A DNA stretch of 64,000 nucleotides from Eledone cirrhosa (GCA_964016885.1 OZ024740.1:10044001-10108000); one strand, 5' to 3'; positions 24,301 to 39,545 are shown, counted from the first letter of the stretch. Made by a program: numbers and translations. Notes: generated from the letters alone by a model not told the origin.

Positions 24301-27300
24301 CAGTATATGTCTGGTTGTAGACACCAGTATATGTCTGGTTGTAGACACCAGTATATGTCTGGTTGTAGACACCAGTATATGTCTGGTTGTGGACACCAGC
24401 ACACATCTGGTTGTGGACACCAGTATATGTCTGGTTGTAGACACCAGTATATGTCTGGTTGTAGACACCAGTATATGTCTGGTTGTGGACACCAGCACAC
24501 ATCTGGTTGTAGACACCAGTATATGTCTGGTTGTAGACACCAGTATATGTCTGGTTGTAGACACCAGTATATGTCTGGTTGTGGACACCAGCACACATCT
24601 GGTTGTAGACACCAGTATATGTCTGGTTGTAGACACCAGTATATGTCTGGTTGTAGACACCAGTATATGTCTGGTTGTGGACACCAGCACACATCTGGTT
24701 GTAGACACCAGTATATGTCTGGTTGTAGACACCAGTATATATCTGGTTGTAGACACCAGTATATGTCTGGTTGTAGACACCAGCACACATCTGGTTGTAG
24801 ACACCAGTATATGTCTGGTTGTAGACACCAGTATATGTCTGGTTGTGGACACCAGCGCACATCTGGTTGTAGACACCAGTATATGTCTGGTTGTAGACAC
24901 CAGCACACGTCTGGTTGTAGACACCAGTATATGTCTGGTTGTAGACACCAGTATATGTCTGGTTGTAGACACCAGTATATGTCTGGTTGTAGACACCAGT
25001 ATATATCTGGTTGTAGACACCAGTATATGTCTGGTTGTGGACACCAGTATATATCTGGTTGTAGACACCAGTATATGTCTGGTTGTAGACACCAGCACAC
25101 ATCTGGTTGTAGACACCAGTATATGTCTGGTTGTAGACACCAGTATATGTCTGGTTGTAGACACCAGTATATGTCTGGTTGTAGACACCAGCACACGTCT
25201 GGTTGTAGACACCAGTATATGTCTGGTTGTGGACACCAGTATATGTCTGGTTGTAGACACCAGCACACGTCTGGTTGTAGACACCAGTATATGTCTGGTT
25301 GTAGACACCAGTATATGTCTGGTTGTGGTCACCAGTATATGTCTGGTTGTGGACACCAGTATATGTCTGGTTGTAGACACCAGTATATGTCTGGTTGTAG
25401 ACACCAGCACACGTCTGGTTGTAGACACCAGTATATGTCTGGTTGTAGACACCAGCACACATCTGGTTGTGGACACCAGTATATGTCTGGTTGTAGACAC
25501 CAGTATATGTCTGGTTGTAGACACCAGTATATGTCTGGTTGTAGACACCAGTATATGTCTGGTTGTAGACACCAGTATATGTCTGGTTGTAGACACCAGT
25601 ATATGTCTGGTTGTAGACACCAGTATATGTGTGGTTGTAGACACCAGTATATGTCTGGTTGTAGACACCAGTATATGTCTGGTTGTAGACACCAGTATAT
25701 GTCTGGTTGTAGACACCAGTATATGTCTGGTTGTAGACACCAGTATATGTCTGGTTGTAGACACCAGTATATGTCTGGTTGTAGACACCAGTATATGTCT
25801 GGTTGTAGACACCAGTATATGTCTGGTTGTAGACACCAGTATATGTCTGGTTGTAGACACCAGCACACGTCTGGTTGTAGACACCAGTATATGTCTGGTT
25901 GTGGACACCAGTATATGTCTGGTTGTAGACACCAGCACACGTCTGGTTGTAGACACCAGTATATGTCTGGTTGTGGACACCAGTATATGTCTGGTTGTAG
26001 ACACCAGTATATGTCTGGTTGTAGACACCAGTATATGTCTGGTTGTGGTCACCAGTATATGTCTGGTTGTAGACACCAGCACACGTCTGGTTGTAGACAC
26101 CAGTATATGTCTGGTTGTGGTCACCAGTATATGTCTGGTTGTGGTCACCAGTATGTCTGGTTGTAGACACCAGTATATGTCTGGTTGTGGACACCAGTAT
26201 GTCTGGTTGTAGACACCAGTATATGTCTGGTTGTGGACACCAGCACACATCTGGTTGTGGACACCAGTATATGTCTGGTTGTAGACACCAGTATATGTCT
26301 GGTTGTAGACACCAGTATAGGTCTGGTTGTAGACACCAGTATATGTCTGGTTGTGGACACCAGTATGTCTGGTTGTAGACACCAGTATATGTCTGGTTGT
26401 GGACACCAGTATGTCTGGTTGTAGACACCAGTATATGTCTGGTTGTAGACACCAGTATATGTCTGGTTGTGGACACCAGTATATGTCTGGTTGTAGACAC
26501 CAGTATATGTCTGGTTGTAGACACCAGTATATGTCTGGTTGTAGACACCAGTATATGTCTGGTTGTGGACACCAGTATGTCTGGTTGTAGACACCAGTAT
26601 ATGTCTGGTTGTGGTCACCAGTATATGTCTGGTTGTAGACACCAGCACACGTCTGGTTGTAGACACCAGTATATGTCTGGTTGTGGTCACCAGTATATGT
26701 CTGGTTGTGGTCACCAGTATGTCTGGTTGTAGACACCAGTATATGTCTGGTTGTGGACACCAGTATGTCTGGTTGTAGACACCAGTATATGTCTGGTTGT
26801 GGACACCAGCACACATCTGGTTGTGGACACCAGTATATGTCTGGTTGTAGACACCAGTATATGTCTGGTTGTAGACACCAGTATATGTCTGGTTGTGGAC
26901 ACCAGTATGTCTGGTTGTAGACACCAGTATATGTCTGGTTGTGGACACCAGTATGTCTGGTTGTAGACACCAGTATATGTCTGGTTGTAGACACCAGTAT
27001 ATGTCTGGTTGTGGACACCAGTATATGTCTGGTTGTAGACACCAGTATATGTCTGGTTGTAGACACCAGTATATGTCTGGTTGTAGACACCAGTATATGT
27101 CTGGTTGTGGACACCAGTATGTCTGGTTGTAGACACCAGTATATGTCTGGTTGTGGACACCAGTATATGTCTGGTTGTGGACACCAGCACACATCTGGTT
27201 GTGGACACCAGTATATGTCTGGTTGTAGACACCAGTATATGTCTGGTTGTGGACACCAGTACACATCTGGTTGTAGACACCAGTATATGTCTGGTTGTAG

Positions 27301-30300
27301 ACACCAGTATATGTCTGGTTGTGGACACCAGCACACATCTGGTTGTGGACACCAGTATATGTCTGGTTGTAGACACCAGTATATGTCTGGTTGTAGACAC
27401 CAGTATATGTCTGGTTGTGGACACCAGCACACATCTGGTTGTGGACACCAGTATATGTCTGGTTGTGGACACCAGTATATGTCTGGTTGTGGACACCAGT
27501 ATATGTCTGGTTGTAGACACCAGTATATGTCTGGTTGTAGACACCAGTATATGTCTGGTTGTGGACACCAGTACACATCTGGTTGTAGACACCAGTATAT
27601 GTCTGGTTGTAGACACCAGTATATGTCTGGTTGTGGACACCAGTATATGTCTGGTTGTGGACACCAGTATATGTCTGGTTGTAGACACCAGTATATGTCT
27701 GGTTGTAGACACCAGTATATGTCTGGTTGTGGACACCAGTACACATCTGGTTGTAGACACCAGTATATGTCTGGTTGTAGACACCAGTATATGTCTGGTT
27801 GTGGACACCAGTATATGTCTGGTTGTGGACACCAGTATATGTCTGGTTGTAGACACCAGTATATGTCTGGTTGTAGACACCAGTATATGTCTGGTTGTGG
27901 ACACCAGTACACATCTGGTTGTAGACACCAGTATATGTCTGGTTGTAGACACCAGTATATGTCTGGTTGTGGACACCAGCACACATCTGGTTGTGGACAC
28001 CAGTATATGTCTGGTTGTAGACACCAGTATATGTCTGGTTGTAGACACCAGTATATGTCTGGTTGTGGACACCAGCACACATCTGGTTGTGGACACCAGT
28101 ATATGTCTGGTTGTGGACACCAGTATATGTCTGGTTGTGGACACCAGTATATGTCTGGTTGTAGACACCAGTATATGTCTGGTTGTGGACACCAGTATAT
28201 GTCTGGTTGTGGACACCAGTATATGTCTGGTTGTGGTCACCAGTATATGTCTGGTTGTAGACACCAGTATATGTCTGGTTGTAGACACCAGTATATGTCT
28301 GGTTGTGGACACCAGTATATGTCTGGTTGTGGTCACCAGTATATGTCTGGTTGTGGTCACCAGTATATGTCTGGTTGTGGTCACCAGTATATGTCTGGTT
28401 GTAGACACCAGTATATGTCTGGTTGTGGACACCAGTATATGTCTGGTTGTAGACACCAGTATATGTCTGGTTGTGGACACCAGTATATGTCTGGTTGTGG
28501 ACACCAGTATATGTCTGGTTGTAGACACCAGTATATGTCTGGTTGTAGACACCAGTATATGTCTGGTTGTGGACACCAGTACACATCTGGTTGTAGACAC
28601 CAGTATATGTCTGGTTGTAGACACCAGTATATGTCTGGTTGTGGACACCAGTATATGTCTGGTTGTAGACACCAGTATATGTCTGGTTGTGGACACCAGT
28701 ATATGTCTGGTTGTAGACACCAGTATATGTCTGGTTGTGGACACCAGTATATGTCTGGTTGTAGACACCAGTATATGTCTGGTTGTAGACACCAGTATAT
28801 GTCTGGTTGTGGACACCAGCACACATCTGGTTGTAGACACCAGTATATGTCTGGTTGTGGACACCAGTATATGTCTGGTTGTAGACACCAGTATATGTCT
28901 GGTTGTGGACACCAGTATATGTCTGGTTGTGGACACCAGTACACATCTGGTTGTAGACACCAGTATATGTCTGGTTGTGGACACCAGTACACATCTGGTT
29001 GTAGACACCAGTATATGTCTGGTTGTGGACACCAGTATATGTCTGGTTGTAGACACCAGTATATGTCTGGTTGTGGACACCAGTATATGTCTGGTTGTGG
29101 ACACCAGTACACATCTGGTTGTGGACACCAGTATATGTCTGGTTGTAGACACCAGTATATGTCTGGTTGTAGACACCAGTATATGTCTGGTTGTGGACAC
29201 CAGTACACATCTGGTTGTAGACACCAGTATATGTCTGGTTGTAGACACCAGTATATGTCTGGTTGTGGACACCAGTATATGTCTGGTTGTAGACACCAGT
29301 ATATGTCTGGTTGTGGACACCAGTATATGTCTGGTTGTAGACACCAGTATATGTCTGGTTGTAGACACCAGTATATGTCTGGTTGTGGACACCAGCACAC
29401 ATCTGGTTGTAGACACCAGTATATGTCTGGTTGTGGACACCAGTATATGTCTGGTTGTAGACACCAGTATATGTCTGGTTGTGGACACCAGTATATGTCT
29501 GGTTGTAGACACCAGTATATGTCTGGTTGTAGACACCAGTATATGTCTGGTTGTGGTCACCAGTATATGTCTGGTTGTGGACACCAGTATATGTCTGGTT
29601 GTAGACACCAGTATATGTCTGGTTGTAGACACCAGTATATGTCTGGTTGTGGTCACCAGTATATATCTGGTTGTAGACACCAGTATATGTCTGGTTGTGG
29701 TCACCAGTATATGTCTGTCTGTGGACACCAGTATATGTCTGTCTGTGGACACCAGTATATGTCTGGTTGTGGACACCAGTATATGCCTGGTTGTAGACAC
29801 CAGTATATGTCTGGTTGTGGACACCAGTATATGTCTGGTTGTGGTCACCAGTACACATCTGGTTGTAGACACCAGTATATGTCTGGTTGTGGTCACCAGT
29901 ATATGTCTGGTTGTAGACACCAGTATATGTCTGGTTGTGGTCACCAGTATATGTCTGCTTGTGGTCACCAGTATATGTCTGGTTGTGGTCACCAGTATAT
30001 GTCTGGTTGTAGACACCAGTATATGTCTGGTTGTGGTCACCAGTATATGTCTGGTTGTAGACACCAGTATATGTCTGGTTGTGGTCACCAGTATATGTCT
30101 GGTTGTCGTCACCAGTATATGTCTGGTTGTAGACACCAGTATATGTCTGGTTGTCGTCACCAGTACACATCTGGTTGTAGACACCAGTATATGTCTGGTT
30201 GTGGTCACCAGTATATGTCTGGTTGTAGACACCAGTATATGTCTGGTTGTCGTCACCAGTATATGTCTGGTTGTAGACACCAGTATATGTCTGGTTGTCG

Positions 30301-31420
30301 TCACCAGTACACATCTGGTTGTAGACACCAGTATATGTCTGGTTGTGGTCACCAGTATATGTCTGGTTGTAGACACCAGTATATGTCTGGTTGTCGTCAC
30401 CAGTATATGTCTGGTTGTAGACACCAGTATATGTCTGGTTGTAGACACCAGTATATGTCTGGTTGTAGACACCAGTATATGTCTGGTTGTGGTCACCAGT
30501 ATATGTCTGCTTGTGGTCACCAGTATATGTCTGGTTGTAGACACCAGTATATGTCTGGTTGTGGACACCAGTATATGTCTGGTTGTAGACACCAGTATAT
30601 ATCTGGTTGTGGACACCAGTATATGTCTGGTTGTAGACACCAGTATATGTCTGGTTGTGGACACCAGTATATATCTGGTTGTGGACACCAGTATATGTCT
30701 GGTTGTAGACACCAGTATATATCTGGTTGTAGACACCAGTATATGTCTGGTTGTAGACACCAGTATATGTCTGGTTGTGGACACCAGTATATGTCTGGTT
30801 GTAGACACCAGTATATGTCTGGTTCTGGTCACCAGTATATATCTGGTTGTAGACACCAGTATATGTCTGGTTGTGGTCACCAGTATATGTCTGGTTGTAG
30901 ACACCAGTATATGTCTGGTTCTGGTCACCAGTATATATCTGGTTGTAGACACCAGTATATGTCTGGTTGTGGACACCAGTATATGTCTGGTTGTGGACAC
31001 CAGTATATATCTGGTTGTGGTCACCAGTATATGTCTGGTTGTGGACACCAGTATATGTCTGGTTGTAGACACCAGTATATGTCTGGTTGTAGACACCAGT
31101 ATATGTCTGGTTGTAGACACCAGTATATGTCTGGTTGTGGCCACCAGTATATGTCTGGTTGTGGTCACCAGTATATGTCTGGTTGTAGACACCAGTATAT
31201 GTCTGGTTGTAGACACCAGTATATGTCTGGTTGTAGACACCAGTATATGTCTGGTTGTGGTCACCAGTATATGTCTGGTTGTAGACACCAGTATATGTCT
31301 GGTTGTGGACACCAGTATATGTCTGGTTGTGGTCACCAGTATATGTCTGGTTGTAGACACCAGTATATGTCTGGTTGTAGACACCAGTATATGTCTGGTT
31401 GTGGACACCAGTACACGTCT
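18327..31420. repeat. About 13.1-kb satellite of 24-bp units (GACACCAGTATATGTCTGGTTGTR), roughly 545 copies
   Basis: Read directly. Internal dyad ACCAG-N7-CTGGT, with occasional 22-bp units. Confidence 0.98.
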
Positions 31421-31428
31421 ACTACTAC

Positions 31429-31490
<62 letters not shown>

Positions 31491-31765
31491 CTACTAAGCT
31501 CAATGGAAATAAAACTCGAACTGATGGTTGTGAAGCGATCCTCCTAACTACACCGGCATGCCTGTACAAATATACGTAGAACACACACACAGACACACGT
31601 ACACACCCACACGTAAACACACACAACGTACACACCCACACGTACACACACTCACATACGCACATACACATACACACGTACGCACACACATACACACATA
31701 CGCACATGTACATAGACACACATCCATACAAGCAATAATTAATTCATACATACATACTTAATATA

Positions 31766-32362
31766 TGATGGCTGCCAACTCGTTTTCGAGTACGGCCACT
31801 ACCTTATATCCATGTAGGAGAACCCCTACCGATGCGCTGAACGAGTGTGACTTTTTAGTCCAGCCAGCGACTTGAAAACTCTGGTACAAACACTACACTT
31901 GTGACAATTATTGACACATAGTGCTGGGCCCATGGTACCATGTGACGACAAGTGCAGGGAGATCTCCTGATATAAAGCAATGCCTGTGCCGTGAAGCTTT
32001 TATAGTGAGCAAAGGCACTGCACAAAGCCAGTCCCACTCTCTTAACCAAGATGATATTTACCAAAAAGAAGAACAAGTCAACATCATTGGATACCATCAG
32101 GGTTGCAGGTGTTATATCAGAGTTTTCCTTCTCCTAGAATTCTGCCTTGACAAAGGCTAAGGGGTCATCTCTCCCGGTGATTTTGGATGGCCATTGACTC
32201 TTAAGAGCTCCTTTGCCCTTTGACAGGTTTTGTTTTTAGTCCTGCAGGATGTCCAAAGTCACCCTCCTCACCAAGAAACCTTGGTGGGGTTGCCAGTTTA
32301 GTCGCCAACGACCCGACCATGGGACAGGTTGTACTGGGATACATGTTACCAGTAGCACCAAC
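31766..32362 (-). mobile_element. Non-autonomous RTE-derived retroposon, full-length copy
   Basis: Reverse complement of 13206-13808, with (CATA)n flanks. Confidence 0.82.
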
Positions 32363-32511
32363 AACTTAATATATACATACACACATACATACATACACAC
32401 ATACATACATACACACATACATACATACATACATACATACATACATACATACATACATACATACATACATACATACATACACACACACACATACATACAT
32501 ACATACATACA

Positions 32512-32542
<31 letters not shown>

Positions 32543-33107
32543 TTACATTATCTGCATTACAATGTTGTTACCGAGCTGATAACTGGTCAAAATGACCTCT
32601 GAAACTCAGGAAGACACTATTTATATATATCATCATTTTACGTCCGCTTTTCCCTGCTTACGTATATATGTATATATGTTACACCCTCTGTAATCTACAA
32701 GTATTATCTATATTTAATTATAGGTTTGTTTTTTGGGCGGCTTCTTTGTTGATAAATTCTTTCAATGTTCTGGTAATAGGAGGTGAACATATCGATAGAT
32801 TTCAACCAACCAACAAACAGCATAAACTACATTTAACCGGAATAAGCCTGCACTAACCACAATACACCTGCTTGCACTTTTTCCCAGTTGTTGACAGGTG
32901 CCATTGCTTTACGATGTGTTTTTGGCGGAAAAATTGGCGGAACAAGGACGGCGAGGTGGCTATAAATATGCATTTTTACACACATACAAACACACACGTA
33001 CATACATGCTAGCATACGTCCATGCTCACACATACACACATGTATATTCAGATGCATACAAACACACACATACATACATTTCATTCATATATATACACAC
33101 ACACGCG

Positions 33108-33173
<66 letters not shown>

Positions 33174-33177
<4 letters not shown>

Positions 33178-33334
33178 AACCAGTAAGACCCCGACAGCTG
33201 AGTTCAAGCCGTTTCGAAACGGCTTGAGCTCAGCCGTCGGGGTCTTACTGGTTCCTATTACCCACTCTACTACCCTAAGTATTGAGTACTTTGGTGCGTT
33301 ATGGTTCACCTGGTTCCTTACCACATTTCCTTCG

Positions 33335-33336
<2 letters not shown>
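33174..33336. mobile_element. Family A repeat with palindromic end
   Basis: Palindrome centred on TTTCGAAA, with (TA)n on both sides. Confidence 0.8.
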
Positions 33337-33390
<54 letters not shown>

Positions 33391-33395
<5 letters not shown>

Positions 33396-33745
33396 ATATT
33401 AATAAATGGAAACTATATTTATAAAACCATATTTATTTTATTATACATACTTCAAGGGCAACCAAGGCAAATTATGGTGCGCTTTCATCAGATAAAATAC
33501 ATATTTGTTTTATAAATAAATATTGACATACCCGGAAAAGAAAGTATTTTATCTGATGAAAGCGCACCATAATTTGCTTTGGTTGCCCTTGCAATATGTA
33601 TAATAAAATAAATATGGTTTTATAAATATAGTTTCCATTTATTAATATATTGTGTATTTACTCCACTTCACTCTTGAGTGCTTTATATCAGTTATAACAT
33701 TTTTTTAAGCTTGTTGAATCCCAACAAATTAAATATAATCTCTGC
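33391..33745. mobile_element. Family D head-to-head pair with two mutated hammerheads
   Basis: 33391-33500 is inverted relative to 33544-33655. GAAA is changed to GAAG in one arm and GCAA in the other. Confidence 0.78.
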
Positions 33746-33767
33746 ATATATATATATATATTATAAA

Positions 33768-33902
33768 TCGAACCCAACTCTGCAGTCGAAGGATCTTCAG
33801 ATATGTTTTGTGTATTCAAACATCTCAGCTGTTATTTATCTGTAGATGTTTGAACACACGAAACATATCTTAAGATCTTTCGACTGCAGAGTCGGGTTCG
33901 AT
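33768..33902. repeat. Inverted repeat with ~57-bp arms
   Basis: ATCGAACCCAACTCTGCAGTCGAAGGATCTT.. pairs with ..AAGATCTTTCGACTGCAGAGTCGGGTTCGAT. Confidence 0.85.
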
Positions 33903-34072
33903 CTCTAACAGATCCTACCTCAAGCTGATCGACAGAGAAACATATGTAATATGTTAATAAATGTGAGATGATTCAACACTGATTCCTCGTTCTTTATAAT
34001 ACCCTGCTCTGCGCGAGCATCAAGTGCTCAACCGGCATACCACACACGGACGCCTTTACCTTGCAACCCTAC

Positions 34073-34116
<44 letters not shown>

Positions 34117-34344
34117 CGAAGGAAATGTGGTAAGGAACCAGGTGAACCATAACGCACCAAAGTACTCAATACTTAGGGTAGTAGAGTGGGTAATAGGAAC
34201 CAGTAAGACCCCGACGGCTGAGCTGATAGATAGATAGATAGACATGCCAAGAATTGAAAGAGGGTGTGGTGGAGTGACTGAGCGTGATCACAGCCAAGGT
34301 GGGGTCTAGACAAAAGATAAGAGGCAGCCGTCAAATGGAGCGGT

Positions 34345-35821
34345 TCTCTCTCTCTCTTACCTCTCTCAGCCCCTCTCTCTCACCCCCTCTCTCTCACCCC
34401 CTCTCTCGTTCACCTCTCTCACTCACTTCTCTCTCACACACTCTCTCTCAACCCCTTTCTCTCTCACCTCTCTCTTTCACCTCTCTCTCACCCCTCTCTC
34501 TTTCACCTCTCTCTCACCCCCTCTCTCTCTTACTTCTCTCTTTCACCTCTCTCTCTCACCCCCTCTCTCTCTCACCCCTCTCTCTCTTACACTCTCTCTT
34601 ACCTCTCTCTTTCTCTCTTCCAGTGACACTTTGTTATCACAAACACACAGACAGACACACAGCACAAACAAACACACACACACTCAAACAAACATATGCA
34701 CATGTATATATTCTCACATACATATTTGCACACAGACACATACACACACACACATACACACAGAAACATACGCACACACACATACACACAGAAACATACA
34801 CACACACACACATACACACAGAAACATACACACAGAAACATACACACATACACATACACATAGATACACACATACACATACATACACACAGAAACATACA
34901 CACAAACACATACACATAGATACACACACACACACACACACATACACACAGAAACATACACACATACACATACACACAAAAACATACACATAGAAACGTA
35001 CACACATACACATACACACAGAAACATACAAACATACACATACACACATATACATACACACACACACACACACATACACATACACACATACACATACAGA
35101 CACACATACACACAGAAACATACACACATACACATACACACACACACATACACACAGAAACATACACACACACACATACACACAGAAACATACACACATA
35201 CACATACACACAGAAACATACGCACACACACATACACACACATACACATACACACATACACATACACACACACATACACACAGAAACATACACACATACA
35301 CATACACACACACACATACACACATACACATACACACACACACATACACACAGAAACATACACACATACACATACACACAGAAACATACGCACACACACA
35401 TACACACAGAAACATACGCACACACACATACACACAGAAACATACACACACATACACACAGAAACATATACACATAAACACATACACATACACACAGAAA
35501 CATACACACACACACATACACACAGAAACATACACACACACACATACACACAGATACATACACACACACACATACACACAGAAACATACACACATACACA
35601 TACACATACACACATACACACAGAAACATACACACATACACATACACACAGAAACATACACATACATACATACATACAGATACATACACACACACACATA
35701 CACACAGAAACATACACACATACACACAGAAACATACACACATACACATACACACAGAAACATACACATACATACATACACACAGATACATACACACACA
35801 CACATACACACAGAAACATAC

Positions 35822-35852
<31 letters not shown>

Positions 35853-35953
35853 TACACACAGAAACATACACACATACACATACACACAGAAACATACACA
35901 CATATACATACACACAGATACATACACACATATACATACACACAGATACATAC

Positions 35954-35986
<33 letters not shown>

Positions 35987-36061
35987 TACACACATACACA
36001 CACACATATACACACACACAGACATACACATACACACATATACATACACACAGAAACATAC

Positions 36062-36094
<33 letters not shown>

Positions 36095-36307
36095 TACACA
36101 CATACACACAGAAACATACACACATACACATACACACAGAAACATACACATACACATACACACATACACACATACACATATACACAGATACATACACACA
36201 CACACATACACACAGAAACATACACACATACACATACACACACAGAAACATACACACATACACATACACACAGAAACATACACACATATACATACACACA
36301 GATACAT

Positions 36308-36338
<31 letters not shown>

Positions 36339-37145
36339 TACACACATAACATACACATACACACACATACACACAGAAACATACACACATACACATACAC
36401 ACACATACACACAGAAACATACACACATACACATACACACAGATACATACACACACACACATACACATACACACATACACACACACATACACACAGAAAC
36501 ATACGCACATACACATACACACAGATACATACACACACACACACACACATACACATACACATACACACATACACATACACACATACACACAGATACATAC
36601 ACACAGAAACATACACACATACACATACACATACACACATACACACAGACACATACACATACACACATACACATACACACTCATATTGACATACCCCCCA
36701 CCACCCACCACCCCACCACCACCACCACATATAGACACTAAGTCTCTTAGTTTTCAGACATCTCTTCAATATCAGTCTTTCTTTACATCACACCTGTATT
36801 TATCTCCCTTTGTCCCACCTCTCTCTCTCTCTTCCTCTCCACACCTCTCTCTCTCTCTTCCTCTCCACACCCTCTCTCTCTCTCTTCCTCTCCACCCCTC
36901 TCTCTCTCTCTTCCTATCCACACCCTCTCTCTCTCTCTTCCTCTCCACCCCTCTCTCTCTCTCTTCCTATCCACACCCTCTCTCTCTCTTCTTCACACCC
37001 TCTCTCTCTCTTCCTATCCACACCCTCTCTCTCTCTCTCTCTCTTCCTCTCTACCCCCCTCTCTCTCTCTTCCTCTCCACACCTCTCTCTCTCTCTCTCT
37101 TCTTCTCCACACCTCTCTCTCTCTCTTCCTCTCCACTTCCTCTCT
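34345..37145. repeat. Low-complexity block: (CT)-rich, then ~2 kb of (CA/TACA/CAGAAA) compound repeat, then (CT)-rich
   Basis: Read directly from the sequence. Confidence 0.95.
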
Positions 37146-37212
37146 ATAATATAGATCAGTTTTATAAACAAATATTGACATACCCTTAAAAGAATGCGAC
37201 CATGTCTATTAT

Positions 37213-37275
37213 ATTTTATCTGATGAAAGCGCACCATAATTTGCTTTGGTGTCCTTGAAATATGTATAATGAAAT
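37213..37275 (+). ncRNA. Type I hammerhead ribozyme (family D), intact core
   Basis: ATTTTAT-CTGATGA-AAGCGCACCA..TGGTGTCCTT-GAAA-TATGT-ATA-ATGAAAT. Confidence 0.75.
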
Positions 37276-37535
37276 AAATATGGTTTTATAAATATAGTTT
37301 CCATTTATTAATATATTGTATATATATATATATATATATATCCTTGTTTCTATCCAGTCTCTGTGTCCCATCTCCTCCTGCTCCCACCCACTTCCTCCTT
37401 GTCGCCACCTGCTCCTCCTACTCCTCTTTGCTACCACCTCTTCAGTTATCTGTATCGTCTGTAACATTGATTTCACACTAATAGGAAATCAAAGGTTATT
37501 TGATGTCTTTAACTTTACAAACTGGTTAGATAGCA

Positions 37536-37573
<38 letters not shown>

Positions 37574-37702
37574 ATACCCTCTCTCTCTCTCTCACTCTCT
37601 CTTTCTATCTATATGTCTGAAGTTCTCTCTCTCTCTATATATATATATATATTATATATTAAAGTATAGAAATTGTTGTGAGCGTGAAGCCAACAGTATT
37701 TC

Positions 37703-37770
<68 letters not shown>

Positions 37771-37820
37771 TGTGTGTGTTGTGCTCGTTTTTGTGATTAT
37801 GTGCATGTATGTATGTATGC

Positions 37821-37854
<34 letters not shown>

Positions 37855-37918
37855 ATGAGTGTATCTGTGTGTGTGTGTATTGTGTTCGTGTGTGTGATTG
37901 TTTGTGTGCATGTATGTA

Positions 37919-37970
<52 letters not shown>

Positions 37971-37975
<5 letters not shown>

Positions 37976-39545
37976 ATACTTGGGGAGGGTCATATTTGCG
38001 TAATATTGCCAGAATTAATAACAGAACACACTCACTGTTTGGTTGGTTTTCGCTTCTCGCTGTCTTTTATTATATCTGCGATCTAACTTACTCGGTCCTC
38101 AATGTTGCCATTGACTGACCGGCGGTCAAAAATAATACAGATACAATATAGACACAAACACATATATATAGTTTACATAATTTACATAAATCTTTCGTTG
38201 CACATCTGCAACATCGTCAGTGGTGTTATATTCATTGTTCCTCCTGTTGTGTTGTATGTCTACGCCATTTTTTTATTCAGTCTGTCTATATATTTATTTA
38301 TTTATTTGCTTGTTTGTTTATCTTATTTTATTTTGTCTTCTTTGCGCATGCGTTTGCGTGTGTGTATAGTGTTATGTGTGATGTGTGACTAGTGTGTATA
38401 GTGTTGTGTCTGCTGGGTGACTAGTGTGTGTTTATGTGCTTGTGTATGTATTTATTTATCTTATTTTATTTAATTTTATTTACTTATTTATACTTCTCTT
38501 AGGTCAGTGTTGTTTGTTTGGGTGTTGTTGTTGTTCCACTCATTCTTTCTGTTTAGCTTTGGTCTTCTAATTTCTATTTCACTGGCCTCTCTGATTTGCC
38601 TATCTGCTGGGTCATTCCTATGTTTAGATATTATTCTAATTTCTATGTTGTCTATGTTACCGTCATGTTGTTGTCTAGCATGTTCGTATAGTACTGACCC
38701 GTTTTTTCGTCCTTTTAGTTCCCCCCAGTGTTGGTCTATCCTTTCACCTATGCTACGAGCTGTCTCACCTATGTATGTTGTTGTCATGTTTCTGCAAGTA
38801 CCCTCTGTACATCTTATGCTATAGACTACGTTTCTAGTTTTACAGTTTATCCGGGGGTTCACCTTACATATGATACACTTCCTATTGGTACAGTGGGTTT
38901 TCTTAAAAGGGTAGGTTTTGCTGATCAGGGATTTTATGGTGGTTCCTGGCTTTTCTACCACCTTTATTTTTAAGTGGGTCTTTCTCAGGGCCTTTCTACA
39001 CTGGTTAGCTAATTTCCCTCCAGGGGTGGCGTCCACAAACATGACACTCTGATATCTCTGGTTGTCGTACCATGATGTGGCCTTCCCTATCTTATGTCTA
39101 GCCCTATCTAAGCTATTCCATGATTTGCTCCTGTATAGTGGGCAGATTCCTTTCCTGTCCAGTTCTATGAGGGTCTTATACTTTTCCATGGCTCCTTCGT
39201 ATACTCTGACTCTGTCTCTTTGGTTGTAGCCAGAGAACTGCATGCGGTTGATGAAGTGTTGGATGTGTCCTTCCATTTCTGTTGGGTCGCACATGCTGGA
39301 CACATTCTTCATCACTCGTACCAAATCTGCGATCAGAATATTAAACTTAGCACTACTGGACATTGCTGAGTTTTTGAGTATCAGGTATTTGGAGGCCATG
39401 GGTTTAGCATAGTGTGAGTGGAGAATTTGGGCTCTCTCGTCTATAGTGTTAATCCAGAGTTCTGTGTCTAATACAGGTAGTCTATTGTTAGGGTGCTTGG
39501 AAGGGAAGTCTATAGTTACAGTTATACTCTGGTGTATGGAATTAG

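Noticed and set aside
18327-31420. CRISPR-like array (palindromic 24-bp repeat; likewise the 32-bp array at 58117)
   Set aside because: The units are contiguous with no unique spacers, no cas genes are present, and the context is eukaryotic.
18174-31579. Giant ORFs (up to 3256 aa) of STTRHILV, YNQTYTGV, DTSICLVV or MSGCRHQY repeats
   Set aside because: The 24-bp unit lacks stops in several frames on both strands at once. The 22-bp units shift the frame freely, and there are no unique termini or signal peptide.
34599-36769. About 700-aa Cys/Val/Tyr/Met ORFs
   Set aside because: These are artefacts of a (TG)n-type microsatellite and are open in all three minus frames.
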